64,000 bases of DNA from a virus, in IMG/VR virus record IMGVR_UViG_3300038465_000068, positions 3,053 through 67,052 of that record. One strand, written 5' to 3'. Positions 39,511-48,138 of this stretch are shown piece after piece. Within the stretch, counting starts at the first letter, position 1; the number at the start of each line of letters is the position of its first letter. The notes beneath the pieces were generated by a model, which saw nothing but the letters and a program-made list of their open reading frames with translations, did not search any database and was not told the DNA's origin. Made by a program: the position numbers and the translations under genes.

Positions 39511-40515
39511 CTATTCCTGTTCGACCGGCTGACCGTCAGCGCCCAGCACATACCAAACTTCCGGCTTGATGCCGTTCTGCCCGACAATGCCAGCCCACAC
39601 ATGAATAATCGGGCCGTTCCAAACTTCGTGATAGATCAGGAACAGCGCGCAGCCTTCTTTGCCCATTGCGCGGCCCCTGTAGCCCGTCGCGCTGGCTGCG
39701 CCACTGGTGCCCGTCGCGCTGGCTGCGCCCCTGTAGCCCGTCGCGCTGGCTGCGCCACTGGTGCCCGTCGCGCTGGCTGCGCCACTGGTGCCCGTCGCGC
39801 TGGCTGCGCCACTGTCGCCCGTCGCGCTGGCTGCGCCACTGGTGCCCGTCGCGCTGGCTGCGCCCCTGTAGCCCGTCGCGCTGGCTGCGCCACTGTCGCC
39901 CGTCGCGCTGGCTGCGCCCCTGTAGCCCGTCGCGCTGGCTGCGCCACTGTCGCCCGTCGCGCTGGCTGCGCCACTGTAGCCCGTCGCGCTGGCTGCGCCA
40001 CTGGTGCCCGTCGCGCTGGCTGCGCCACTGTCGCTCGTCGCGCTGGCTGCGCCCCTGTAGCCCGTCGCGCTGGCTGCGCCACTGTAGCCCGTCGCGCTGG
40101 CTGCGCCACTGGTGCCAACGGCGTGTGAACTTGTGCCTTCCGGCTTTGCGCGATCAAAGACCCATTTGACCGCAGCGGCGATGATTTCCGGCAATTTGAT
40201 TTCAGCCTCAATGGTGATCTTGCCGGATGCGATCTTGGTATCGCCTTCGTGGCGAGACAGTTCACCAGACTGGACTACGCGCGCAAAGCGGCTTTCCGCT
40301 GGCGCATAGTAATTGAAAATATCCAGCGGGTGTTCGCAAGCATGGAAGCCGCTTTCGCAGGCGACAACCGGACCTTCGTGGGTGTAAGAGCCGCCAATCT
40401 CAAACTTGAAGCCGCGACAGGAAAAATCCTTGTCGAAGCCCTTGTAGCTGATGACCTGTTCGCTGGCGCTTTCCAGCAACTTTGCCTTCTGGCTGCGGTT
40501 CGGGTGGTTAATCAT
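39511..40515 (-). CDS. DUF7666-like phage protein with 9-aa repeats
   Basis: YKGFDKDFSCRGF, CESGFHACEHPLD; GAASATGxx repeats; GIKPEVWY. Confidence 0.85.
   Translation of the reverse strand: MINHPNRSQKAKLLESASEQVISYKGFDKDFSCRGFKFEIGGSYTHEGPVVACESGFHACEHPLDIFNYYAPAESRFARVVQSGELSRHEGDTKIASGKITIEAEIKLPEIIAAAVKWVFDRAKPEGTSSHAVGTSGAASATGYSGAASATGYRGAASATSDSGAASATGTSGAASATGYSGAASATGDSGAASATGYRGAASATGDSGAASATGYRGAASATGTSGAASATGDSGAASATGTSGAASATGTSGAASATGYRGAASATGTSGAASATGYRGRAMGKEGCALFLIYHEVWNGPIIHVWAGIVGQNGIKPEVWYVLGADGQPVEQE
39673..40116 (-). repeat. 27-bp coding tandem repeat, 16 full units plus a partial
   Basis: Invariant GGCGCAGCCAGCGCGACG core with variable TS/YS/YR/DS codons. Confidence 0.95.
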
Positions 40516-40643
40516 CGTCTTTACTCCTGCCCCAGAAAACCGCCGAGGCGCGCGGTGAGCAAACGCTCCTCACTTAAATAGTCTAGCTGCTAGAAAGCAG
40601 CCGATAGCACTTCCAAACAAAACACTTACAATCCAACTGAGCG

Positions 40644-42491
40644 TCATCTGTTGATCCTGCAAATGCTGTCCATGACGTTTTCGTGTTCAACTTTCAGTTC
40701 GTGAAAGGCCAGGGCGTGATCGAGCGTCACCACAAGTTCATCGCGCAATCTGGTAGGCGGCTGGTCTAACCCATGCTTCTCGAACAAGTTGACGATGCGA
40801 AGCCACAGGGGGTGTTCCGTCGCCGTCAGGGCGGTGTGCATCGTGGCAATGGGCTCTCGCATGGTCGCTCCAATCTATTTCGGTTTTGCTTTGAGACGGC
40901 GCAGTTCTTGCTCCACACACAGGTCGAAGGCAGGAACATCGCTCGACCCGCGCACCCGCAGTACCGTGTCGTATGCCTGTTCACGCAATGTCTTTTTCTT
41001 CTTAGGCATGGCGCTCCTATGATCCCAGCAGGGTGCAGAGACGGTAGTGGGGGTCCGACTTGTCGGCCTTCTCGATCACCGTCAGGCGCTGGGTGTCGGA
41101 AATAGTCAGCCGCATACCTTCCGGGCCGATCAGTTCGCGGGCAGCCGCCTCGATCTTGCGAAGGCGCACGATCTCATCGACCATGACATTGGCCTCGCCG
41201 CGAGACAGCACCAAGCATTCCCGCTTAGCGTCCCTGATGATGCGATCTATGCTGGGCTTCGTCATTGGGGCTCGCTATTTGTTGGGGGTTGAATTGATGG
41301 TGATAACTTTCGCATGGGCCGGGATACCGTCCATCGGGTGCATGGCTGTCAGGCCACTTCCATGACGGATGCGCTGTACCGGGCCGACTTCGGCCTCAAT
41401 CCCCGCCAGCTTGGCGAGGTAATTGTCCTTGGTGCAGCCTTCAATCTCTGTCGGCATACCGGGACACTGTTCCAAGATCGCCGCCTGCATCTGGGCCGAT
41501 AGCGCCTTGTCTGAAAAGTGGTGCGTCCAGATTGGATGCCCCATGAGATACTCAGCAGCTTCGTGCATCTTGCCGAACTCACAAAGCAGGACGCCTGTTG
41601 AGATAGAGGCGATGACGGCGGTGGGAAATACGCGGGTATCGGTGGTCATGTTCATGGGCTCCCCTACGCTGCATCTTGTTTTGATGCTTCGACAATTCCG
41701 ATAGCCGGATTTTGCCCAACAAAGTCCGCACCAGAAAACGCGCGGACAAGCTCTTTGAACTCTTCGCCTTTCCTCACGACAAAATCTCCACACTTGCCAA
41801 ACGGCAAGCCTCGCGTAGGCGTGACATAGAGCGTGCAGTAAACATGCGCACCCTCGATCTGAAATCTAATTCTGAATTGGCTCATGAAATTCGCTCCTTA
41901 GTTTCTAGGCCGTCCGCGACGGCCCCGCTTCAGTTCTGCTTCCACCAATGCGCGTTCTTCCACAATAGCCGCTATGGCCTTATCTAGCTGAGCAAGTTCT
42001 CTCCGCATCCTCGTAGCCCGATCCTGCAACCGTGTGAGAGCTACGCCGTAAGATTGAAATAGCGAGAATGCGGTCTGCTTTTTCACCAAAAGATTACGCT
42101 CCCCTACAATCTCGGTTTAATCTCAAGTTTCATATTCCCTGCTCCCGCAGCGTCCTTGCGTACTGTTCTGCAATGGTTTTGTTTCGGAAGTCCTCGACGC
42201 ACTTGCCGTCGCGCATGACTTTCCACCAGCCGTCGTCCCGCTCGTAGTATTGAACCGTGATTTTTGGTTTAGGCATAATCCGCTCCAATCCTATTCGTTG
42301 TCCGCAATGATGCGCTCTGCATCGTCGCGGCGTTGCTGGTATGGCGCGCTGGGCTTGCGCGCGAGATCATCACGCCCACTTTGAAAGCCATGCCGATACG
42401 CCTTCGATCTGTTGGCGTTAGGCTCCGGGTTGTTGGCGTCGCGCCCGTCTCTATAGCCCTCGACCATTTCATCATCGGCTCGATTCGTCAT
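40644..42491 (-). other. run of short hypothetical ORFs (40644-40862, 41017-41265, 41664-41885, 41898-42089, 42291-42491)
   Basis: Co-oriented small ORFs with GGAG-type RBS. Confidence 0.55.
41275..41655 (-). CDS. DUF7736-like phage protein
   Basis: SISTGVLLCEFGKMHEAAEYLMGHPIWTH. Confidence 0.6.
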   Translation of the reverse strand: MNMTTDTRVFPTAVIASISTGVLLCEFGKMHEAAEYLMGHPIWTHHFSDKALSAQMQAAILEQCPGMPTEIEGCTKDNYLAKLAGIEAEVGPVQRIRHGSGLTAMHPMDGIPAHAKVITINSTPNK

Positions 42492-42534
42492 TTCAATACC
42501 AATTGCCTGTCGGCGTGCCCGACGCTTTTGACAA

Positions 42535-44001
42535 TCATAGCCGATATTCCTTGTCGATAAAGCCGAGGTCGGGATCACCGCGAAAATGCCATTTGATCCA
42601 GACCTTGCGGTTTGTGTAATGCCGCCAGTGGCCGCGAACCGCGTGCAGGCGGCGGTGCCGGCGCTCGTCCTCGATGTCACCGGGCGCGACGGGCACGGGC
42701 GCGTACCGCTTGCGGTGGGCGAGGTCGACGACGTGATATTCATAGATCGGCAGCTTGCCATGGCGCTCTCTCTTGGAGTTCAGCTTGTGCGGCGCTGCGA
42801 CCACCGACGTCGTGGCAACCTCGGCCTCCAGCGAAATGCAGACCGCGCGCACCTGCTTCCAGCACAGGTCGGTGATGAGTCTCTGCGTAACTAGCTTGAC
42901 GTCATAAGGCGCGTTTTTCGCGTGGACAAGGTCGCCGTTCACAACCTCGTATCCGGCGAACATCACCCAGCCATCGGACTTGGTCTCGATGTAGACGATG
43001 CAGTTTGACTCGATAATGCCGTTCTCGCCGCGTGCGCCAATGGTCAGGATGACGCGATGGCCGGAGACGCGAAATTCAAAGACGGTATTCGGATACGGGG
43101 TGTGCCATTCGCCGCCCTCGAAGTCGGTGGCGTTTTTCATGGCCGCAGCCCAATCGTGCTGCACCACAAAGATGCCGGGGTCATGGCGGCCGAGCATCAC
43201 TTCGCGCACGGTGTCCAGAATTTCCGGGTTGATCGCGCCCGGCACCACAATGCTTTCATCGGCGAACGCCTCGACCAGCTTATGATAGCCGGTCTCGGTG
43301 AGACGCTGGAGGCGCGGGTCATCACCCATCGTTGCAATCTCCAGCGCAATGCGGTCGGCCTTCTGCTCCAGCTTTAGATATTCCTCCTCCTCGACAAGGC
43401 GACGGCGCTCGCCCTTGATTTCGCCACGGCGCTTGTCGATGCCGGTCAGCACCTCGCGCGCCATCTGGAGAAGTTCTGGCGGCGCGTGGCCGCTCTGGCT
43501 GTAGGCTTTGGCGAAACGCTGTTGCTGGTGCGGCTTCAATCCGCCGAGCACCTGTAGCCGGGTCGCCTCGCTGGCCTGCATTTCAGGCGGCAGTTCCTTC
43601 ATGTACGCATTGGCGGCATCCATGGTCAGCGCGCCGTGTGACATCGCGTTGACGAGACCGCGCTTGCTTTCTAGCGACAGGCCGTCCAGCGCCGCGTCCA
43701 TGCTCTTTGCAGCATCGGCCTCCATGCTGGACGGCCATCTTGCCGGGAGGGCACCGAAGTCGTTGGCGTCGAGCGCGGCGGCCGTCTGTTCGGCTACCTC
43801 GTGCGGTGGGGCTGCGGTTGCGCTATGCGGTAGCGCGGTGTCAGCCTTCTCGGCAAACGGATAGATGGCGTCGGTCTCTGCTTGCTTGGTCCCAAAGCTG
43901 GTAGCGAAGGGTGCGCCTTTCTTGGCGTGGACAGAATCGCGCGACGCCTTTGCGCCAGCTATCTCACCGCGCAACTTTCCAATGGCTTTGTCCTTTCCCA
44001 C
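42535..44001 (-). CDS. phage hypothetical protein with C-terminal HxVRGHWR motif
   Basis: RLHAVRGHWRHY...VWIKWHFRGDP; 488-aa ORF. Confidence 0.75.
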   Translation of the reverse strand: MGKDKAIGKLRGEIAGAKASRDSVHAKKGAPFATSFGTKQAETDAIYPFAEKADTALPHSATAAPPHEVAEQTAAALDANDFGALPARWPSSMEADAAKSMDAALDGLSLESKRGLVNAMSHGALTMDAANAYMKELPPEMQASEATRLQVLGGLKPHQQQRFAKAYSQSGHAPPELLQMAREVLTGIDKRRGEIKGERRRLVEEEEYLKLEQKADRIALEIATMGDDPRLQRLTETGYHKLVEAFADESIVVPGAINPEILDTVREVMLGRHDPGIFVVQHDWAAAMKNATDFEGGEWHTPYPNTVFEFRVSGHRVILTIGARGENGIIESNCIVYIETKSDGWVMFAGYEVVNGDLVHAKNAPYDVKLVTQRLITDLCWKQVRAVCISLEAEVATTSVVAAPHKLNSKRERHGKLPIYEYHVVDLAHRKRYAPVPVAPGDIEDERRHRRLHAVRGHWRHYTNRKVWIKWHFRGDPDLGFIDKEYRL

Positions 44002-44004
44002 CGA

Positions 44005-44547
44005 TCACCGCGCCAGCACGAGCCCAACGCCGAGCACAAAACCGCCGCTGGCATGGCCAGCGAAATTCGTTGACCTGTAGCCGCCGTCAGCGCGGATCGC
44101 CAGCGGGCCCCAGATCGACACCGATGATCCAAGTCCAGCGCCCCAGTCATTGCTGGAGCCGTGGAAAAGCAGGCTGGCTGGCTGCGGGAAATTGTTGACC
44201 GCGATGGCGCTGTAGGCCGAGCGGCCGCCGTCGATCTGGGCAAAGGTGTCGATGCCCGGGATCAGCGTGACGTGATAGGAGGCGGTGATGGCGTACCGGG
44301 TGTCGGACAGGCTGTTTCCGTTCTGGTTGGCCGAGGTGCTGGCGAACTGGCCGCCAAGCGCGACAGGGCCGAACTGCCAGCCGGTGTCCAGCGCGATGCC
44401 GGTCAGGTCGTGCGGCACCCGGTTTGCGGTCGCGGTGTCGAGGCTGACCGACTGAAACGCGCCGTCGACGCCAAGATAGGGCCCGGCGGCTGCGGGCGAT
44501 GCGATGGCCAATAGCCCGGCCGCCAAGGCGATTTTAAGACTTTTCAT
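44005..44547 (-). CDS. outer-membrane beta-barrel protein (OmpX/Ail/Lom-like)
   Basis: Signal peptide, GPYLGV start, alternating beta strands; own promoter. Confidence 0.75.
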   Translation of the reverse strand: MKSLKIALAAGLLAIASPAAAGPYLGVDGAFQSVSLDTATANRVPHDLTGIALDTGWQFGPVALGGQFASTSANQNGNSLSDTRYAITASYHVTLIPGIDTFAQIDGGRSAYSAIAVNNFPQPASLLFHGSSNDWGAGLGSSVSIWGPLAIRADGGYRSTNFAGHASGGFVLGVGLVLAR

Positions 44548-44574
44548 GGTGATTCCTTCCGTTGTTCATTGTGA

Positions 44575-44603
44575 GATATAGGACGGCCTGTCCTATTTGT
44601 CAT
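44575..44603 (-). promoter_or_regulatory. promoter with perfect operator 44578-44596
   Basis: ATGACA-N17-TATATC; ATAGGAC-GGCCT-GTCCTAT. Confidence 0.8.
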
Positions 44604-44642
44604 CAGGCGGGTCGGCCTCGGTGGTCAGGTTGAACTTGGCCA

Positions 44643-44855
44643 TCAGGCACCGCCTTTCAGCACGTCGTCCAGCGTCGAGGTCACATAGACCGTCTCGCTG
44701 GCGATGACGTGATAGTGCCGGTCGGGCTGGCCGTTCGCCACGGCGGCGGCGCGCAGGTCATCTGCCGCCGCCTTGGCTTGGGAAAAGTGCAAGTTTCTCG
44801 AAACATGCGGGATCGCGGTGCCGTCCGCTTGGATAACTGTGTGGGTCTTGTTCAT
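44643..44855 (-). CDS. hypothetical protein
   Basis: GAGGAGAG RBS; downstream of a promoter. Confidence 0.65.
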   Translation of the reverse strand: MNKTHTVIQADGTAIPHVSRNLHFSQAKAAADDLRAAAVANGQPDRHYHVIASETVYVTSTLDDVLKGGA

Positions 44856-44894
44856 TCGTCTCTCCTCGGTGGCGGCCCAACACGGGCCAAGGTG

Positions 44895-44923
44895 GATATA
44901 GGACAGAATGTCCTACGGTTCAA
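44895..44923 (-). promoter_or_regulatory. promoter with operator 44898-44916
   Basis: TTGAAC-N17-TATATC; ATAGGAC-AGAAT-GTCCTAC. Confidence 0.8.
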
Positions 44924-45165
44924 GCCATGCCCAGCAACTCGCGCAGGGCGTCATAGATCGGGTCTCCGGTCGTGTGGACCTTGGTGGCGGCGCATTGCCG
45001 GGCGTTTTCCTCGGCCCGGGCGAAGCTATCCTCGCCAACGCCGCACCCCGGGCAGACATGCGCGGCGTCGACGGTTTCGGCCGTGATGTCGCGCCCGTCA
45101 TGGCTCCAGATATGCCAGCACTCCGGGCAAACGTGGTGGTGGAAGCCATCGCGCAGGCTGCTCAT
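44920..45165 (-). CDS. small zinc-finger protein
   Basis: HVCPEC...HVCPGC. Confidence 0.65.
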   Translation of the reverse strand: MSSLRDGFHHHVCPECWHIWSHDGRDITAETVDAAHVCPGCGVGEDSFARAEENARQCAATKVHTTGDPIYDALRELLGMA

Positions 45166-45166
45166 A

Positions 45167-45343
45167 TCAGCACCCCGTCACGGAATCATACGTCACCTGA
45201 CGCTCGGTCTTGGCGCGCGCATAGGCGGCAACCTTTTCGGCCAGCGGCAGGTTTTTGGCGCGGGCGCGGGCGCGGGCATACCGTCTATCGGCGGCGCGCA
45301 GGATCGCGGCAGCATCAGGGTCGTTTGTCAGCCAGCCGATCAC
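45167..45343 (-). CDS. small basic protein
   Basis: GTGA-coupled start, GGAGG RBS. Confidence 0.5.
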   Translation of the reverse strand: MIGWLTNDPDAAAILRAADRRYARARARAKNLPLAEKVAAYARAKTERQVTYDSVTGC

Positions 45344-45435
45344 AGGTGGCCTCCAGCGATGATCCCCGCCACGATGAACGTGGCGGCGGCGGCGAAGTGA
45401 AGCGCCAGGATGGGGAAGGTGGCTGTTTTCGACAT
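45340..45435 (-). CDS. 31-aa hydrophobic peptide, first gene of the leftward operon (not in ORF track)
   Basis: MSKTATFPILALHFAAAATFIVAGIIAGGHL; GGAGAG RBS. Confidence 0.55.
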   Translation of the reverse strand: MSKTATFPILALHFAAAATFIVAGIIAGGHL

Positions 45436-45480
45436 TTTGTCTCTCCGGTTGAGCGGGCCAAAACGGCCCTTGACCCAACT

Positions 45481-45597
45481 GATATAGGACAGTCCGTCCT
45501 ATCCTTCAATGGCTATTTTTACGAAATGTTAGTGCCGTTTTTGGCGGAATACCGCCTTTTCTTGGCTCTTGAATAGGACGGCCTGTCCTACTATATT
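45481..45597. promoter_or_regulatory. divergent promoter pair, each with an operator (45484-45502, 45573-45591)
   Basis: Minus: TTGAAG-N17-TATATC; plus: TTGAAT-N17-TATATT; the coding strand switches here. Confidence 0.85.
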
Positions 45598-45643
45598 TGA
45601 CCTGTAAGAGGCCCGTTCTGGGCCGCCACTTTGGAGAGAGAAA

Positions 45644-46048
45644 ATGTCAGCCTTCCTAGTTTCCAACGAGACCATGCAGCGTGCCGTCGAGGCGATCTTT
45701 GTCGCCGAGGCCGGTTACGGTGACGTGGTCGAAGTCAATCCCAAGGCCGCCACCGAACTTGGCCAGCAGCTTTTCGAGATCAATCAGGCCGCGCTGGCGG
45801 CGCGCTACGGCGACAATGACGAGCCGCCGAAGTTTGTCGGCAAGGGCTTCACGGCCCGGATCAAGGCCGGTCCCGCGCAAGTCCTGAATGTCCAGCGACT
45901 CAAGTCGCTGCAATGCCTGACCTACCAGTGCGCCGAGGGCGACGTGCCCGAGACCGCGCTGTTCAAGCGGGCCGAGGCGGCCGAGGGCAAGCTGGCGCAA
46001 AAGATTGTCGCCCAGACCCCGGAATACGAGAAAGCGGCATGGAGTTGA
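45644..46048 (+). CDS. conserved phage hypothetical protein
   Basis: MSAFLVS...N..AL.ARYGD...CLTYQCAEG; GGAGAG RBS. Confidence 0.8.
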   Translation: MSAFLVSNETMQRAVEAIFVAEAGYGDVVEVNPKAATELGQQLFEINQAALAARYGDNDEPPKFVGKGFTARIKAGPAQVLNVQRLKSLQCLTYQCAEGDVPETALFKRAEAAEGKLAQKIVAQTPEYEKAAWS

Positions 46049-46050
46049 AC

Positions 46051-46230
46051 ATGACCCAGTTTCGCGTGCTGATCGGCGTGGGCAACGCCGCGTTTGATCC
46101 CGAGCCCGGCTATGAGATCGCCCGCATCCTGCGGGAGGTCGCAGACAAGATCGAGGGCGGCCAGACCGACGGCGGCGCGCTCGACATCAACGGCAACAGC
46201 GTCGGCAAGTTTGGATTCAGGAGCGAGTGA
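46051..46230 (+). CDS. small conserved phage protein
   Basis: NAAFD...EIARILREVADKI...DINGNSVG. Confidence 0.75.
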   Translation: MTQFRVLIGVGNAAFDPEPGYEIARILREVADKIEGGQTDGGALDINGNSVGKFGFRSE

Positions 46231-46231
46231 C

Positions 46232-46498
46232 ATGAAGATCGAGCATATTCAGGTTTACGGATCGGCTGGCGGCGTCGAGCGCAAAGGCGACATCACCGCG
46301 CACCTCGTACTGTCCCAGTGTGACACGGTCGAGGCCGTTCGCCAGCAGCTTGCGGCGTCCGATGATTTGGTCGAGGCGCTGCTGACCGCGCTACCGTTCG
46401 TCGAGGATGCCGGGGCTGATCCGGCGTACAAGCCGCGCTCGGTTTCCGAGGCTATCAGGAAAATCAGGGCGGCGCTGTCGAAGGCTGGGGCAATCTGA
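46232..46498 (+). CDS. hypothetical protein
   Basis: AGGAG RBS; LAASDDLVEAL motif. Confidence 0.65.
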   Translation: MKIEHIQVYGSAGGVERKGDITAHLVLSQCDTVEAVRQQLAASDDLVEALLTALPFVEDAGADPAYKPRSVSEAIRKIRAALSKAGAI

Positions 46499-46722
46499 TG
46501 CCTAAATCCTACCAGCAGATCATCGAGCAATTCCTGTACGCCACCCTGACGCCAGAACAGGCTGGGTGCGCGGCGCTGCTGGCCACGCTGGGGCCGACCG
46601 AGATATTCCAGTGGGGCGTGAACGCTGCGAAGCAACGCCTGCAAGACATCGCAACCGAAAACGGCAAAGATACCGGCGGCGTCCCGCCCGCCGCACCGCC
46701 AGCACCAGAGGAGTTAGCATGA
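46498..46722 (+). CDS. hypothetical protein
   Basis: TGATG coupling. Confidence 0.6.
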   Translation: MPKSYQQIIEQFLYATLTPEQAGCAALLATLGPTEIFQWGVNAAKQRLQDIATENGKDTGGVPPAAPPAPEELA

Positions 46723-46964
46723 TGGACAAGATGGAATTGAGACGGCCGCAGCAGGCCGCGCCGACCGAGCCCGGCTGGTATTATGGGCGCTTCCTGCTGG
46801 GCAATACCAGCAGATCAATCGAGCCGTACTGGGTCGGTGGACCGACGCTCGGCCCGGACCAATATCGCCTGTCCATCATGGTGGGCGACAGCGAGTATTT
46901 CCGTCCTGACTTCGACTGGTTCGGGCCAGTGCCGGAGTGCATCGAGGCGACGGTGCCAGCATGA
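46719..46964 (+). CDS. hypothetical protein
   Basis: PTEPGWYY...WFGPVPE; GAGGAG RBS. Confidence 0.65.
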   Translation: MMDKMELRRPQQAAPTEPGWYYGRFLLGNTSRSIEPYWVGGPTLGPDQYRLSIMVGDSEYFRPDFDWFGPVPECIEATVPA

Positions 46965-47332
46965 AAACCCGCGTCCTGCTGATCCCGCCGCTTGGCCAGC
47001 CCAGCATCACCGTGGTCGACCTGCCGGAGGAGCCGAACCACACCGCCATCGCCAAACTTGTCATCCCGCTGATCGGGGGCGGAAAGCACGTCTACATGGA
47101 GCGCGTTCGCGTGCTGGCCGACTTCGACGGCGGCACCAATTACCAGCCGACCGACATGATCGTCGACGAGGATTTCCTACGGAAGCGCCTGCCGCGCAAC
47201 GAATACGCCACCACCATTTATCGGCGGGCCACGATGCTCGGCCGGACAGGCGTGCCAGCGCCGAGCGATCCTGAAACTCTGCCTCCCATACTGGGCACGG
47301 CGGTGCTGTTTGATAGGAGGATTTGGTTTTGA
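46961..47332 (+). CDS. DUF3846-like protein
   Basis: MIVDED...LPRNEYAT...ILGTAVL. Confidence 0.6.
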   Translation: MKTRVLLIPPLGQPSITVVDLPEEPNHTAIAKLVIPLIGGGKHVYMERVRVLADFDGGTNYQPTDMIVDEDFLRKRLPRNEYATTIYRRATMLGRTGVPAPSDPETLPPILGTAVLFDRRIWF

Positions 47333-47493
47333 GCAACACAAAGAAAATACGGTCGAAGGCGCAAAAGAAGCGCCACGCCACGCGACAGGTCCGTCGTGGC
47401 AAGCAGAGCAAGGTCAAGATCGGCGGCAACAGACGGCCGCGCGTGAACCCGGAGTTCGACTATCTGGGCATCGGCGAAATTCTCGGCTTCTAG
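47329..47493 (+). CDS. 54-aa Arg/Lys-rich protein (not in ORF track)
   Basis: AGGAGG RBS, TTG start, MSNTKKIRSKAQKKRHATRQVRRGKQ... Confidence 0.55.
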   Translation: MSNTKKIRSKAQKKRHATRQVRRGKQSKVKIGGNRRPRVNPEFDYLGIGEILGF

Positions 47494-47576
47494 TGCCAGC
47501 CAGACATAGGACCACTAGACCTAGCGGACAGCCCGTCCCCCGTGCTATATGCGGACAAACGGGGAGTCCGAGCAAC

Positions 47577-47864
47577 ATGACCGACGACACACAGACCGAT
47601 TTTTACCGCACCGCCATCACCAAGCTGAATCTGTCCCAGAAGCGGGCGGCCGAGTTCTTGGGGTTCTCGCACCGGCAGTCCCGCCGCGTGGCTGGCTCGC
47701 ATGCCAAGCTGGACACTGGCGCGGAGAAGTTGCTGCGGGTGATGATGCACCTCGGGCTAACCGTTGCGGCGGTGGACAAGATTTGCGGCACTACGCCAGC
47801 CGCCAAGATGGCCGCAGCGCCAGCCGTGAAAGCATCGGCCGCCAAAAAGAAAAAGGCCGCCTGA
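47577..47864 (+). CDS. XRE-like HTH regulator with Ala/Lys tail
   Basis: YRTAITKLNLSQKRAAEFLGFSHRQSRR; GGGGAG RBS. Confidence 0.8.
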   Translation: MTDDTQTDFYRTAITKLNLSQKRAAEFLGFSHRQSRRVAGSHAKLDTGAEKLLRVMMHLGLTVAAVDKICGTTPAAKMAAAPAVKASAAKKKKAA

Positions 47865-47925
47865 CCTATCAATACGGCCAGCCAGTTCCCATATCAGAAC
47901 CGAGGAGGTTCTTCTGAGCCAGAAG

Positions 47926-48138
47926 TTGAGATACGCCTATTTGGACGAGGCCCCTGTCGTGTTCACGCTGAATGAGGCGTGGCATTTCGTCGGCGGGGAG
48001 TGGAAGTCGCTGCATCCGGCGGACGCGCACAGCAAGGCGCGGCTGCTATCGAGGGCAGAGTTTGATGCCTATGCGGCCGCAGCCGGTGCCGGGAAGTTGC
48101 CCACCGCCGCTTTCCAGCCCGCCGACAGCGAGTCGTAG
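47926..48138 (+). CDS. small protein overlapping the 3' end of the polyprotein, candidate immunity/antitoxin
   Basis: GAGGAGG RBS at 47902-47908 (in-frame CTG at 47914 or TTG at 47926); globular-looking 70 aa. Confidence 0.6.
   Translation: MRYAYLDEAPVVFTLNEAWHFVGGEWKSLHPADAHSKARLLSRAEFDAYAAAAGAGKLPTAAFQPADSES

Noticed and set aside
39673-40116. Possible CRISPR array or DGR repeat
   Set aside because: Units are contiguous 27-mers in frame inside a CDS, with no unique spacers; no cas or reverse transcriptase gene was seen
42291-42491. Ribosome modulation factor-like protein (two GY/F..G motifs)
   Set aside because: The similarity is too short and generic to support without a profile search
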